Positions 51,940 to 63,380 of a DNA stretch of 64,000 nt are shown here, piece after piece. The notes under the pieces were generated by a model. That model ran no database searches, was not told the origin of the DNA, and saw only the letters and a list, made by a program, of their open reading frames with translations. A program made the position numbers and the translations under genes. How positions within the stretch are numbered: the first letter of the stretch is position 1; every line of letters starts with the position of its first letter. The stretch is from Eledone cirrhosa (taxonomy: Eukaryota). The DNA lies in assembly GCA_964016885.1 (NCBI GenBank), contig OZ024741.1, positions 101,246,001 through 101,310,000 of the forward strand, read 5' to 3'.

Positions 51940-52960
51940 TGATGTATCAAAAAGTTTCCTGACTAGTTCTGTAGCACCAACAGATGGCAACACACAGTTG
52001 CACATGCAGTGAGTGCTAGCAGTGACTTTCATGCACTAGAGTACCAAGTGACATCACTGTGTTCACTTCGCAAGTCGTGAAATTTGTGTTTTTGTGATCA
52101 CGTGTATTATCGGAGGACAATCAATGATATTGCTGATGTTGTTGGCCTGTCATATGCAGGCAATCCTATCATCTGAATTGAGCATGTGGCGTGTCACTAC
52201 CAAGTTTGTCCACCGCCTGCTGACCATTGTGTAGAAAGAACATTGTGTCGAAGTCTGTCAAAGATCCCCGTCAGCATGCTGATGATAACCCATCCTTCGT
52301 GTCGAGGATCATCTCTAGTGACGAGAGTTGGGTCTACAGGTATGACTGAGATGAAGCAGCAGTCGACACAGTAGAAAAGCTCTTTGTCTCCATGACTGAA
52401 GAAGGAACAACAGAGCCGCAGCTCAGTCAAGAGCATGTTCATCGTTTTTTTTACATCTGCTGTATTGTGCACCGAGAATTTATCCCCCAGGGCCAGACTG
52501 TCAATCGAGAGTTCTGCTGCAACGTTTTGGCGCATTTGAAGGAGGATGTTCGGCGAAAGTAACCGGATCTGTGGAACACAAATAATTGGATTCTTCACAA
52601 CGACAATGCACCCTGTCACTGAGTTCTCCTAATGCATGAGCTTCCCACCAAAAACAACGTTGTATCTCTTCTGCACCTGCCCTATTTACCAGATTTAGCA
52701 CCTGTGAACTTCCATCTCTTTTCCAAGCAGAAAATGCAGCTCACAGGTTGCTGTTTTATCACTGTTGCTGAAATCCAGAGTGAATCACAGAAGATCCTTG
52801 AAAATGATTTCCAGGCCAGATTCCAAATGTGGCAGGAATGCTGGGACTGGTGTATTGCTGCGCAAGATGACTATTTCGAAGTAGATGATGTCAAAACTTA
52901 GGTAAATATATTAGTTTTTTTTAAATCATAACTAGTCCAGGAACTTTTGATACCACATTG
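51940..52960 (+). mobile_element. Decayed mariner (Tc1/mariner) transposon in ENDOG intron 2
   Basis: TIRs GTATCAAAAAGTTTCCTGACTAGTT / AACTAGTCCAGGAACTTTTGATAC, flanked by TA runs. Transposase remnants SDESWVYRYD, EFIPQGQTVN, WILHNDNAPCH, HLPYLPDLAPVNFHLF, CIAAQDDYFE. Confidence 0.9.
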
Positions 52961-52984
52961 TATATATATATATATGACGATGAT

Positions 52985-54950
52985 GATCATCATCATCATC
53001 GTTCGTTAGTCCGTTTTTCCATGCTTGCATGGGTTGGACAGGTCCTTCTCAACATGGCATCTCTTCCCTTGTCTTGTTCCTTTAACATCTCCTCTGCCAG
53101 TCTTAGCAATTTGAGGTCAGCTCTCACAACCTCTGCCCAGGTCTTTCTTGATTTTTCTCTACTGTGGCTTCCTTTCACTAGCATTTCTTCCCCCAGCGGT
53201 CATTGTCAATGTACATCACATACTACTGCAGTTTCTTCTCTTGCACACCACCTTGAATTCCTCTTAAATCCAGCTTCTCCCTCAGCTTATTCAAGCTCTG
53301 CCTTCCTCTTACACTTACATTGCATATCCAACTGCAGTCTATGTATGTACTCTGCAGTTACAGCCCATGTTTCGCTACCATACAGCACTATACTTCACAT
53401 AAGTATCATACAGTCATCCTTTTGTAAACAGGGAGAAACCTTTTGTTTTCAACAGTGGGAGTAGTTCTCTAAAGTTCTTCCATCTTATTTTTATTCTAGC
53501 TCTTATGCTCTCAGAGCACCCTTCTCCACTGCTAATTAAGTCATTTAAGTAGCAGAAGCTATCAACCACATCTATGGACCCTTCCTGTAATTGTAAAAGG
53601 TTTATATCACTGACACTCTTCCTCTCGATTACTCCTGTGCATTTTCTACATGCAAAGTTCTTCCTTCCTGTCAGTCTACCCATTATCCCACTACATCTTT
53701 TGTGTACCCAAGATTTACATTGTTTACATTGTATGGAGTTTATGCCTACTCCTTTTCTACATATTGTGCAGGGCCACTTCCCTGAAGGAATCTGGGTCCT
53801 ATCTTCTCTCCTGCTCACTAGCACTTCAGTTTTGGCTAAGTTTACTCTCAGACCATTTGATTCCAAATCCAGTTTCCATAATCAAAATTTATTTTTTAGT
53901 TCTTTTTTGATTTCAACTATAAGGACCAAATTACCTGCATAGTTCTCTATGCAAGTCATTTGGTCCTTGGACAGCCCATTTTGAACTTCTCTGTTATGGC
54001 CTGGAGAACTATCACGAACAGCAGTGGGCTAAGAACTGAACCTTGATGAACTCCTACCTATTCTTTGAATTACTCACTAAACTCATTTCCTACTCTCACT
54101 TTACTAACAGCTCCTTTATAGCTTGCACTGCTCTCACAAGCCATTCACTAATACCTAATTTCCTGAAAGACCACCAGATAATAGATTGAGGTACTCTGTC
54201 AAAAGCCTTTTCTAAATCAACAAAAGCTAAATATAGTGGTTTATTTTTGGCTAGGAACTTCTCTTGTAGTTGCTTCACTGAGAAGAGTGCATTTGTAGTA
54301 CTCTTCCCAAGCATGAAACCAAATTGCATCTCATCTATTTTGACTCTTTCCCTAATTACCTACACTATAACTCTTTCTGTCACTTTCATAATTTTATCCA
54401 TTAGTTTTATTCCTCTATAGTTGCTCCTTTCTATCCCAATGCTTTTAGCATCTCAGAAACTATCTCTGATGGTCCCACAACTTTACCGTTTAGCTCCTTG
54501 ATTGTGTCTTTTACCCTAAAACTGTCAACTTTAATAGCTGGTCCTTTCTTTGGGTAAATTGTGGGTAGTTTCTCTTCCTTTCATTCATTCTCTACATTCA
54601 TCAATCTCATAGTATCATTTCCAGGCCTCTTTCATTTGGGCATCAGTGGTGCTAACTGCACCAGCGTCATTTCTAACACATTTTTCCACAACAATATCTT
54701 GATTTACACTAACACACTGCCTTACAATACGGAACACTTCATGTCTCTGGTCCTCACGTTTCAAGACATTGGCAAATTTACTTTCTTCAGCCTCTCTCTG
54801 AGCTGTGTATACCTGTTGTCTAGTTTCTTTCTTAGTTACCTGGTACCAGTCTCTGCTACCCTAATTTTCCCAATCTTTCCATGCCCGTCTCTTGGCTTTA
54901 ATGGCTCTATCCACTGTCCTGTTCCACCACCAGGCTGGTGCTCTACTCCA
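52985..54950 (-). mobile_element. Decayed RTE-like LINE (same family as 40845-42185)
   Basis: MQFGFMLGKSTTNALFSVKQLQEKFLAKNKPLYLAFVDLEKAFDRVP; WPCTIC..CKQC.SWVHKRC..CRKC; VVDSFCYL; KTWAEVVRADL; (GAT)n tail. Confidence 0.88.
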
Positions 54951-56874
54951 GCCACAAGTCTTGTTTGTAGTTCGCAAAAGGTTGTCATAAAGAATTTCCA
55001 TAAAAATAAATTTCTACGTATGTATATATGAGTGTGTGTATGTATCTGACTGCATTTGTATGGACAGGTGATGCATAGAGAAATCTGTGGTTGGGAGTCA
55101 TGAAAGAAGTAGGCCCAGGAAGACTCACAATGGAGATGACAAAGGACCATGAGAATCAGCAACATGCTATACTGGAGAAGATGCACCTACCAGCATAAAA
55201 TGTGACATTACTTGACCCATCCATGTGCACCTCCCTCTACTAGCATTTCTTATTAACTATCTTCACCATTTTATCATGGCACCAGCACTAGGGAAATTCT
55301 CATGACTTTGACATTCTATAACACATACATATATAAATATGTATGCATCTGTATTACTTATGTGTGTGTATGAGTGAAGGCATGTAACTTAGTGGATAAG
55401 GTATTTGGCTTATGATGGTATGAATGTGAGTTCCCTTCCTGGTGGTGACTTGTCTCCTTGAACAAGAAACATTATTTCATATTTCTCCAGTCTGCTTAGT
55501 TGGCAAAAATGAGTTGTAACAGTAATTACAGCCTTGTCATACAATCTCCTTTCAAATTACATTAACGATACATGTGTCTGTGGAATGCTCAGACACTTAG
55601 ACATTAATTTCATGAGCAGGCTGTTCCTTTGTTCAAACACCTGGAATACATGTCATGGGAAATGACAGAGGTCCAATAGCAACATGTTCTAATCCACCAC
55701 ACACAAAGGTTTTTTAGTCAATCATATGGATCTGTATTCATCAAATGGCAACATTTTTAGATTTTCACATAAAAGAATATCTCTCAATGCATTGTTTTGC
55801 AAATAAAGACAAACACAAATACAGATAAACAAGCATCAAAACACTGATACACAACTATGAAAGTAACCGGGAGTTAATGCTTAACTGTTTTGATACCAAA
55901 CTGCCTGAAAAAAACTCCCAGTTCTTTGATACAAATTGTTTGTTTTAAAGTGTTCATATTCTAATTCAAACCTTCCATTATAATTTTATATAAGAAAAAT
56001 TTGTGAAGTAATGTTCCAAACATCAATTAAATATTGATAAAGTTACTTATTTTACTCAACGTCTTCATTCAAAATTAATAGAAAATCATAGACAGTGTCT
56101 TTCATTAGAAGTACAGTCACGGAAGAGTTAAACAATTTTAAATCAAGCAAAGGTCACTTTATCAGTTGAAACATCCTTCCCATGATTCCTCACTGTCTGC
56201 TACAGAAATGTGGCAATAATAACCACTATTGCCACTTTATTCTGAAGATGAGATTGCTGGAAGAAGGGATAGATGCATATAGCATGGTGTGCTGTGATGG
56301 TTGAGTAAGTGGATGAATGGATGCATGTATTGCATGTTTAGATGGGTGGATTGATAGATGGATGCATGGTGTGTCTGGATGAGGGGATGGATAGTGTGCT
56401 TGAATAGATGAATGAATGGATATACATATATACACACTAATTTATTAGTTTTTATAGAGATCAGCTTTAAATGATTAATAGAACAATTACAATAGACATT
56501 TAGGATTAAAGAGATTAACTTATTGGGATCAGCTGTTTATATATGATTAAAAATATAACAGTATATGTGCCTGTATGCCTATGCGTGTGTGTATATGCAT
56601 GGGTATTTAAATGAGATGAATACACAAGAAAATGGATGATATCAACAACAATAAGAGCAGCAGCGACATCAACAACATCAGCAACAGTGACCACAACAAC
56701 AGCAGCAGCATCCCCATCAGTAACAACAATGAAAGCTGAGCAAATGAGAATGAAAAAGGAATATTTTTTTACAGTAAGAAATATTCCAAAACTCATCTCA
56801 GTTATAAGAACACTATCTGTGCCATCAATACATACACACATACAAACATACATACATGTATATACATATATATT

Positions 56875-57030
56875 TGGTGTTAGGAAGGGCATCCAACCGT
56901 AGAAAACCTGCCAGACAGTCCTATACGAGCAAGACAACCAATCTTGCTTCAAGTGGGAAAATTCCCGTCCAGACCCATGCTAGCATGGAAGATGAACGTT
57001 AAACGATGATGATGATGATGATGATAATGA
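56875..57030 (+). mobile_element. SINE 3' part with CCATGCTAGCATGG tail
   Basis: Reverse complement of 28216-28360. Confidence 0.7.
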
Positions 57031-57045
57031 TGATGATATATATCA

Positions 57046-57360
57046 TCATTTTACGTCCGCTTTTCCCTGCTTGCAAGGGTGGGACGGGAACTGATTCTGG
57101 CTTGATTTCTACAGCTGGATGCCCTTCCTAACACCAACCTCATTTACAGTGAGTGCTGGGTGCTTTTTTTCCATGGCGCCTACACGTCCACTTTACAGTG
57201 TGGGCTGGGTGCTTTTTTGCCGTGGCACCTCCACGACCACTTTGTAGTGGAATGATATGGACCCCAGTCCTATCATCTCATTTCTACAGCTGAGTAAACT
57301 GAAGCAATGTGAAATAAAGTGTCTTGCTCAAGGAAACAACACATCACCCGGTCTGAGAAT
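57046..57360 (-). mobile_element. SINE, inverted copy of the 42193-42520 family
   Basis: Near-identical reverse complement over about 260 bp, plus an internal duplication. Confidence 0.8.
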
Positions 57361-57462
57361 TATATATATATATAGTAATAATAAATATGAAGACTAAAAT
57401 CCGAAGAGGGCTCAATAAGGATTATATATATAATATATATATATATAAAATCACAGAACAAA

Positions 57463-57597
57463 TATTTATTATAAGAACAGATTAAAGTTTAAGCAAAGAA
57501 TTGCTGCTTTCACCCTTAATGGGATCTTCTGAAGATTCTGTTATGGGTGAAAGCAGCGATTCTTTGCTTAAACTTTAATCTGTTCTTATAATAAATA
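57463..57597. repeat. Long fold-back palindrome (53-bp arms, 1 mismatch, further wobble-paired inner stem)
   Basis: 57463-57515 is the reverse complement of 57545-57597. A single-arm copy lies at ~59708-59765. Confidence 0.95.
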
Positions 57598-57612
57598 AAT
57601 ATATATATATAA

Positions 57613-57810
57613 TCATCATCATCATTTTACATCTGCTTTTTCTTGCTTGCAAGGGTTGGACGGGTCCTATTCAGCACAGCATTTCTCCATCTATCACGGT
57701 CCTTCGTCATCTCCTCGGTGAGTTTCAGCGATCTGAGGTCTGCTCTCACACCCTCTGCCCATGTTTTTCGTGGTCTACCTATACTGCGTCTTCCTTTTAC
57801 TGGGATTTCT
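57613..57810 (-). mobile_element. Short 3' LINE fragment (RTE-like)
   Basis: GRPRKTWAEGVRADLRSLKLTEEMTKDRDRWR plus tail, as at 42000-42180. Confidence 0.8.
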
Positions 57811-57916
57811 CTCCTGAACACCACAACTTATCCTTCTTATACCCGAAATAACAACACAAATGATACAGTATATGGAAGGAATATATTAGTTTAACACTTG
57901 AAATAGCAGGAAAAGG

Positions 57917-57954
57917 GTCTTAACGTTTTGGACACTAGTCCTTCATCAGAAGAC
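57917..57954 (-). ncRNA. Minimal type I hammerhead motif with a G12>A substitution (probably inactive)
   Basis: Minus strand GTCTT-CTGATGA-A-GGAC(TAGT)GTCC-AAAA-CG-TT-AAGAC: 5-bp stem I, 4-bp stem II, palindromic AACGTT stem III. GAAA reads AAAA, consistent with CpG decay. Confidence 0.6.
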
Positions 57955-58498
57955 TTATCTTCATACCTAGCTTCCTTCTCCCTTCACCCCTGTAGAGCAG
58001 AGAGAGCTCTTCAATTGGGATGATAACCAACAACCTCTCTTGTGTTGGTGCCTTAAAAAATGCACCCAGTACACCTTTTAAAGTGTTTGGTGACATGAAG
58101 GGGACATACTGTATAAACCATGTGAAAAGGATTGAGAGGACCCTTTAATTGCATCAACAGCATAAAAAACTCTCTAGTGTTGGTGGTCTACATGATAAAT
58201 GCACCCAGTACATGCTGTAAAGGGGTTGGTGGTAGGAAGAGCATCTAGATGTAGAAAGCTTGCTAAAGAAAGTGTTGGGATGACCTTTCAGTTGTGTCAA
58301 GGACACGACAGTCTCCCTAGTGTAAGTGAACTACATGTAAATGCACCCAATACATGTTGTAAGTGGTTGGTGATAGAAAGGGCATCTAGCTGTAGAAAAC
58401 TTGCCAAGCAACGGGTTGGGAGGCCTCTTCAGTTGTATTAAAGACATGACAACCTCTGTTCTAACATCTGTTTTCTCTACTGGCAAAGTTATATAATA

Positions 58499-60143
58499 CT
58501 AGCAGAATGGCCCGGCGTTGCTCGGGATTCTAAACATAGATTGGCATGTTTATATTACTTATAAAACATTATAGCAAGAATATAAATAATAGCAGAGAAT
58601 ATGCAATAAATGTAAGACAATTGTGTAGTGAGAGTATCCATATAGGTGTTATATGTTATAAGTATTATAAGATATATTAGTTATAGGCGAAAAGATTTAG
58701 GTGAAAAGTTTTATAATGTTAGTCATAAAGTTTATGTAGAAAATGGTAATATCTATAGTTGTGAAGTGTTATTTCTGCTCTGTAGTATATCTGATATTTT
58801 ACATTGAGCTAATAATCTTATGGGTAATCGGGTAATACACAATATTAACCGTATTTTATTTATTATTATATATATATAGGGCGGTGGATTGGCAGTATCG
58901 GTAGAGGGTCGGATGCCATGCTTTCCAGCATAGTTACGTCCCTTTACGATCTGAGTTCAAATCCCGCCGAGGTTGACTTTGCCTTTCATCCTTACGGGGT
59001 CGATAAAATAAAGTACCAGTAATGCACTGGGTAATTGCTGGCCTTGTGCCTAAAGTAGAAACAATTATTATATATATATATATTTTTATATAATATATAT
59101 ATATAATAATTGTTTCTACTTTTGGCACAAGGCCAGCAATTATCCCAGTGTATTACTGATAAAATAAAGTACCAGTAATACACTGGAATAATTGCTGGTC
59201 TTGTGCCAAAAGTAGAAACAATTATTATATATATATATTATATATATAAGTATAACTATTATTATTATTATTATAAGGGTGGTGGATTGGCAGTATCGGT
59301 AGAGAGTCGAACTCCATGCTTTTCAGCATAGTTACGGCCCTTTACGGTCTGAGTTCAAATCCCGCCGAGGTTAACTTTGCCTTTCATCCTTACGGGGTCG
59401 ATAAAATAAAGTACCAGTAATGTACAGGGATAATTGCTGGCCTTGTGCCAAAAGTAGAAACAATTATTATTATTATTATTATTATATACGGTATCTTTGT
59501 ACTGAATTAATTAAAAGCTGGTTAGTTTTTTCTTCTGGAAAATCTGATCTTGCGACTAGGCTAGGACTTTTTGGGTGGCATATCGGCAGTAACAATGACG
59601 ATAAGCTGTCTGTGCTTTCGTAAAATAAATACACTTGTTTATATTTTGTTTTTGTGTTTGCAAAAATATCTGTACACGAATATATAATTATACATATATA
59701 TTAAAATAACAGATTAAAGTTTAAGCAAAGAATCGCTGCTTTCACCCTTAACGGGATCTTCTGAAACTAAAAAAATCAATCTGTGAACGCAGAAGTAAAT
59801 ATTTCGAAAAACGATACAACCGAAGGAAAACAGGAAGACGATACTTTGGTTCGTGAAGAGACATATTATAAGGGCGCGACGTTATAGCTATGTATCTATC
59901 TAAAAAGACAGACTAAGAATGAGTGAGGAATGTCGTATGACCGGAAGTGTTGACATTTGAAAATTTTAAAGAAGTGAATATTTAAATAAACGATAAAATA
60001 TCTTTAATCTTTTAACAAAATTTAGAAGACAAAAATCCCTCACTTTCTTACTTGGAAAAAGTTACATCTATGGTGCAAATTTGGTCTAGCCGTTTGGCGA
60101 AACGTTTGTTACATACATACGGCCGTCAGCTTTATAATATAGA
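58499..60143 (-). mobile_element. Non-autonomous Helitron-like element (Lep1-type) carrying nested SINEs
   Basis: 5' A|TCTATATTATAAAGCTGACGGCCG(TATG)n..; 3' hairpin CCCGAGCAACGCCGGG then CTAG|T. Inserted between A and T with no TSD. Confidence 0.7.
58878..59470 (+). mobile_element. Two direct SINE copies (58878-59068, 59276-59470) separated by a fold-back of the SINE 3' end (59101-59230)
   Basis: Heads GGTGGATTGGCAGTATCGGTAGAG..GAGTTCAAATCCCGCCG (B-box). Palindrome arms match 56/58. Confidence 0.85.
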
Positions 60144-61305
60144 TATATGTGCATGTGTGTGAGTGCCTCCATCCTCTATAATAAGCAACATGTAGCCTGA
60201 TGCTTACTCTTTTTTTTTACATAATAAAACACAGTCAGTTCATCCTGTAAGAGGTTCATGCTAGTGCCATGACAAAAAAATCCACTCCACCCTGTAAGGT
60301 GGTAGAATTGGTGCCATGACAAAAGCATCCAGTCCCCACTATAAAGTGGTTGTAATAGTGCCATGACAAAAAGCACCCAGTCCTGTAAGATGGTTGACAT
60401 TAGGAAAGGCATTCAGCCATAGGAAACCAAACCCCAAACAAAATTTATGAGCAAAATATGGTCGTCTGATCTGTCTACCATCATAACATAACAGATCTTC
60501 TAACCCATGGAAAGGAGAAGTTAAATGGTGATGATAATGATGATGTGTATGCAAGTGTATGTGTATATGACAGGCTTCTCTACAGTTTCCATCTACCTAA
60601 TTCACTGACAAGATATTGATCAACCCAGTGCTATTGCAGAAGACACATGCCCAATGTGGGACTGAACTGAAAACTCCAGGGTTTCAAAACAACTTCTTAA
60701 CCATCCAGTCATGCCTTTTCAGCTACATGTAACTGTATAATTTAAATGTCCATAGGTAAGAATCCTATTAAATATCATATTAAATGATCAGTAAGAGAAA
60801 TTAGAACTTAACCTAATCTTTTTAATTTAGTAGATCTGGTGCCATCATAAAATGCACTTGATATACTCTGTAAGGTGGTTGGCATTAGGAAGGGCATCCA
60901 GCCATAGAAACTATACCAAATAGGGAACATATAAACAAGATGAGATTTGTTCAACTCATCTAGTCATGGACTGTGACAACCTGTCCAACCCATGCTGTCA
61001 TAGAAAATGGACATAATTTAATGGTGATGAGCTTTGTAATACAATCCATTACTTCTTTTTATGAAATATATCTGCCAATACAGCAATTGGTATAGTCTAT
61101 AGATGAATAAATCAAACCCAGTACTTGGCTGGTACTTTAATTAATTGACACTTTGATGGATGACAGGGAAAGTGGATTCCAGTGAGATTTAAACTTAGAA
61201 TGTTAATGGAAGTAATAAAATACTGCAAAATATTTGGTCTGACACTCAAAGGATTCTGCCAACCCACTACCTATTGACATCATAAATAAATGATAAAAAG
61301 CTAAC

Positions 61306-61418
61306 CTTGGTAAATAAAGAGGTCCAGTACAAACATAGACATTCTTGCTCTTCCTGGCAACTGAACGAACATATTTTTCTAATTTATTCCAAATTCCTCG
61401 GTTAAATCCTTCACCAAC
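61306..61418 (-). CDS. ENDOG: Endonuclease G exon 2
   Basis: TTTTTCTACAG|GTTGGTGAAGG...TTACCAAG|GTTAGC. Reads VGEGFNRGIWNKLEKYVRSVARKSKNVYVCTGPLYLP(R); 113 nt. This frame is not in the ORF track. Confidence 0.93.
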
Positions 61419-62637
61419 CTGTAGAAAAAATATAACATTAAATAAATTAATAAAATAAATATAATTTTATCATTGTTACTGACAGTCATTTTAATCATTT
61501 TACATCCACATTTGATGCTGGCATGGGTTCGGTTGGATTGGTTATCACAGTCTGAGATTAGACAGGTCAGAGAGACCTCATCTTGCTGATACATTCCATG
61601 TTTTGCATGGTTTCTATGGCTGGACACCTTTCCTAACACCCACCACCTTACAGAGTATACTGGGTGCATTTAATCATAGCACATGCATAATAGTCCATTA
61701 CTGGGTAAGGGAAAAGGGGAATGTTAGCCTCAGACTGAGTGCATGGACTCCACTAAAGCCACTTAAAAGCAGTGAAATGGCAAAGCCATTTGAATGTAGG
61801 ACAAAATGCTTTGTACCAGATTTCTGCACCTTGAGTTCAAACCCCACCAATGTCAACTCTGGATTTCATCATATCAGGATTGATAAAACAAGGCATTCAT
61901 GATTGAACTTAACCACTGAATCATACCTGCACACACACACTCGCGAAGGCGTGTGACCCAGGGTTAGGGTGTTGGACTCATGAATTTAATGCTGCAGGTT
62001 TAATTCTCAGAGCAGGCAGAACGTACTTTTGAACAAAAACACTTAATTTCATTTTGCTCCAGTCCACTCATCTGAAAATGAATACCAGCAGCAACATATG
62101 GGAGGAGGGTTGAACTCTACGATGGACAGGCGTGGTTGAGTAAAATCTCATACTCTTTCTTATAAACTCCAGGCTGAAACTCTGGGTTTTGGATAGACTT
62201 TAACTTTCTTTTAAAACTAACACACGCATACATACAATTTTTGAACGACACCTCATTTAAATTTGTGAAACAATTCAGGGGAGACAATTTAATTTCAAAA
62301 CTAATGAGATTTTGTGTCGTTCATGCCGCTCTCAATGACATTAATAACCCCCAGTTGAAGTCAAGCTGCTATAACTAGGATGAAAACCGAGGTGATCGTT
62401 TCAATTTACCGAACGCTTATCTCGATCCCGATCATCAAACCTGGGTGTCCTTAACTTGTGAAGGACGAAAAGGATACAAGTGGAAGAGCAACAAATTAAG
62501 AGTTAAAACAATTGGTTTTCCATTTATGAGCACATATTTACACTATCTTAAAACATATTAAGAACAATAAAGTAGTAGCATCTGCAGAGTTCACATTTCA
62601 CACACATCAGTTGTATGTTCTGTATTACGTCGCTCAC

Positions 62638-63165
62638 CTGTGGTGCAACGTTGCTGTAATAAAAAGTTTCTTGAAGGTTTTTTCGTGATTGTAGATTATT
62701 CGATGCCGCAGCCATATGGCCTCTGTCGTAACCACTCCCAGCGAAATCTTTGTCTGTCGCCCTAAAATATGCATGGATTGAAGGATCTTCCTCAAAACTA
62801 CACAATTTCCTGTTAGCGTTTCTTTCCTTCAAGCTTTCAGGCGTCAGATGTTCAAATACCCAATTTGGACATCGAGTTCTTTGGTCGTAGGATAAAACGT
62901 AATTGCCATACGAACGAAGGTTGCTCATGCTGGGAAAGCCGAATTTCATTATCTGGGCAACCCTATTTCCAGGCATCGGTCCGCTCGGAGTGATGCCGGC
63001 ATCATTATGTGTAGCCGGCAGTTCCCTAGCCTGGAGGGACGGAATTGGCAAAGGAACATCACATAAGTTTTTGTGCGATCGCACTTTCTCGAAACATACT
63101 CCCAAGCTGGTTCCAAGTGCCAGAGATATTCCTGACACAGTTACTAGTAGGCGATGGCTTCTCAT
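62638..63165 (-). CDS. ENDOG: Endonuclease G exon 1 (mitochondrial-type leader + DRGH active site)
   Basis: ATG at 63165 (MRSHRLL..). IMKFGFP, YVLSYDQRTRCPNWVFEHLTPE, GSGYDRGHMAAASN, TFYYSNVAPQ|GTGAGC; 528 nt. The three exons give about 311 aa, with intron positions like those of human ENDOG. Confidence 0.95.
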
Positions 63166-63371
63166 CGCATCAAAAACATGAATACCAAAAGGTAACACAG
63201 AAGATAGGCCGCCGACATGAATGTTTACTGGCCGGATATTTACATAAGATTGTAGTAACTATGATAAGAGTGATCTCCCCTGATCTGAATACATGTTCTG
63301 TATTGAATTAGATATTTAAAAAAACAACAAAACAAAAAACAAAAAAAAAAAGCAGAAAAAATTGCTAATAA

Positions 63372-63380
63372 GACGGAAGT
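63372..63380. promoter_or_regulatory. ETS-type motif (ACGGAAGT) about 200 bp upstream of the ENDOG ATG
   Basis: Motif seen, flanked by poly-A and poly-T tracts. Function is inferred only. Confidence 0.25.

Noticed and set aside
62439-62475. Hammerhead-like GTCCTT..AAGGAC-GAAA in ENDOG intron 1 (also CTGATG-TTCGAAAC at ~28676)
   Set aside because: The CUGANGA core or stem II is missing; too degenerate to call.
62548-63198. ORF-track 216-aa ORF as the whole gene, and 50820-51182 as a separate gene
   Set aside because: Their starts are GTG and they run into introns. Splice sites at 62638, 61418/61306 and 51114 join them into one ENDOG.
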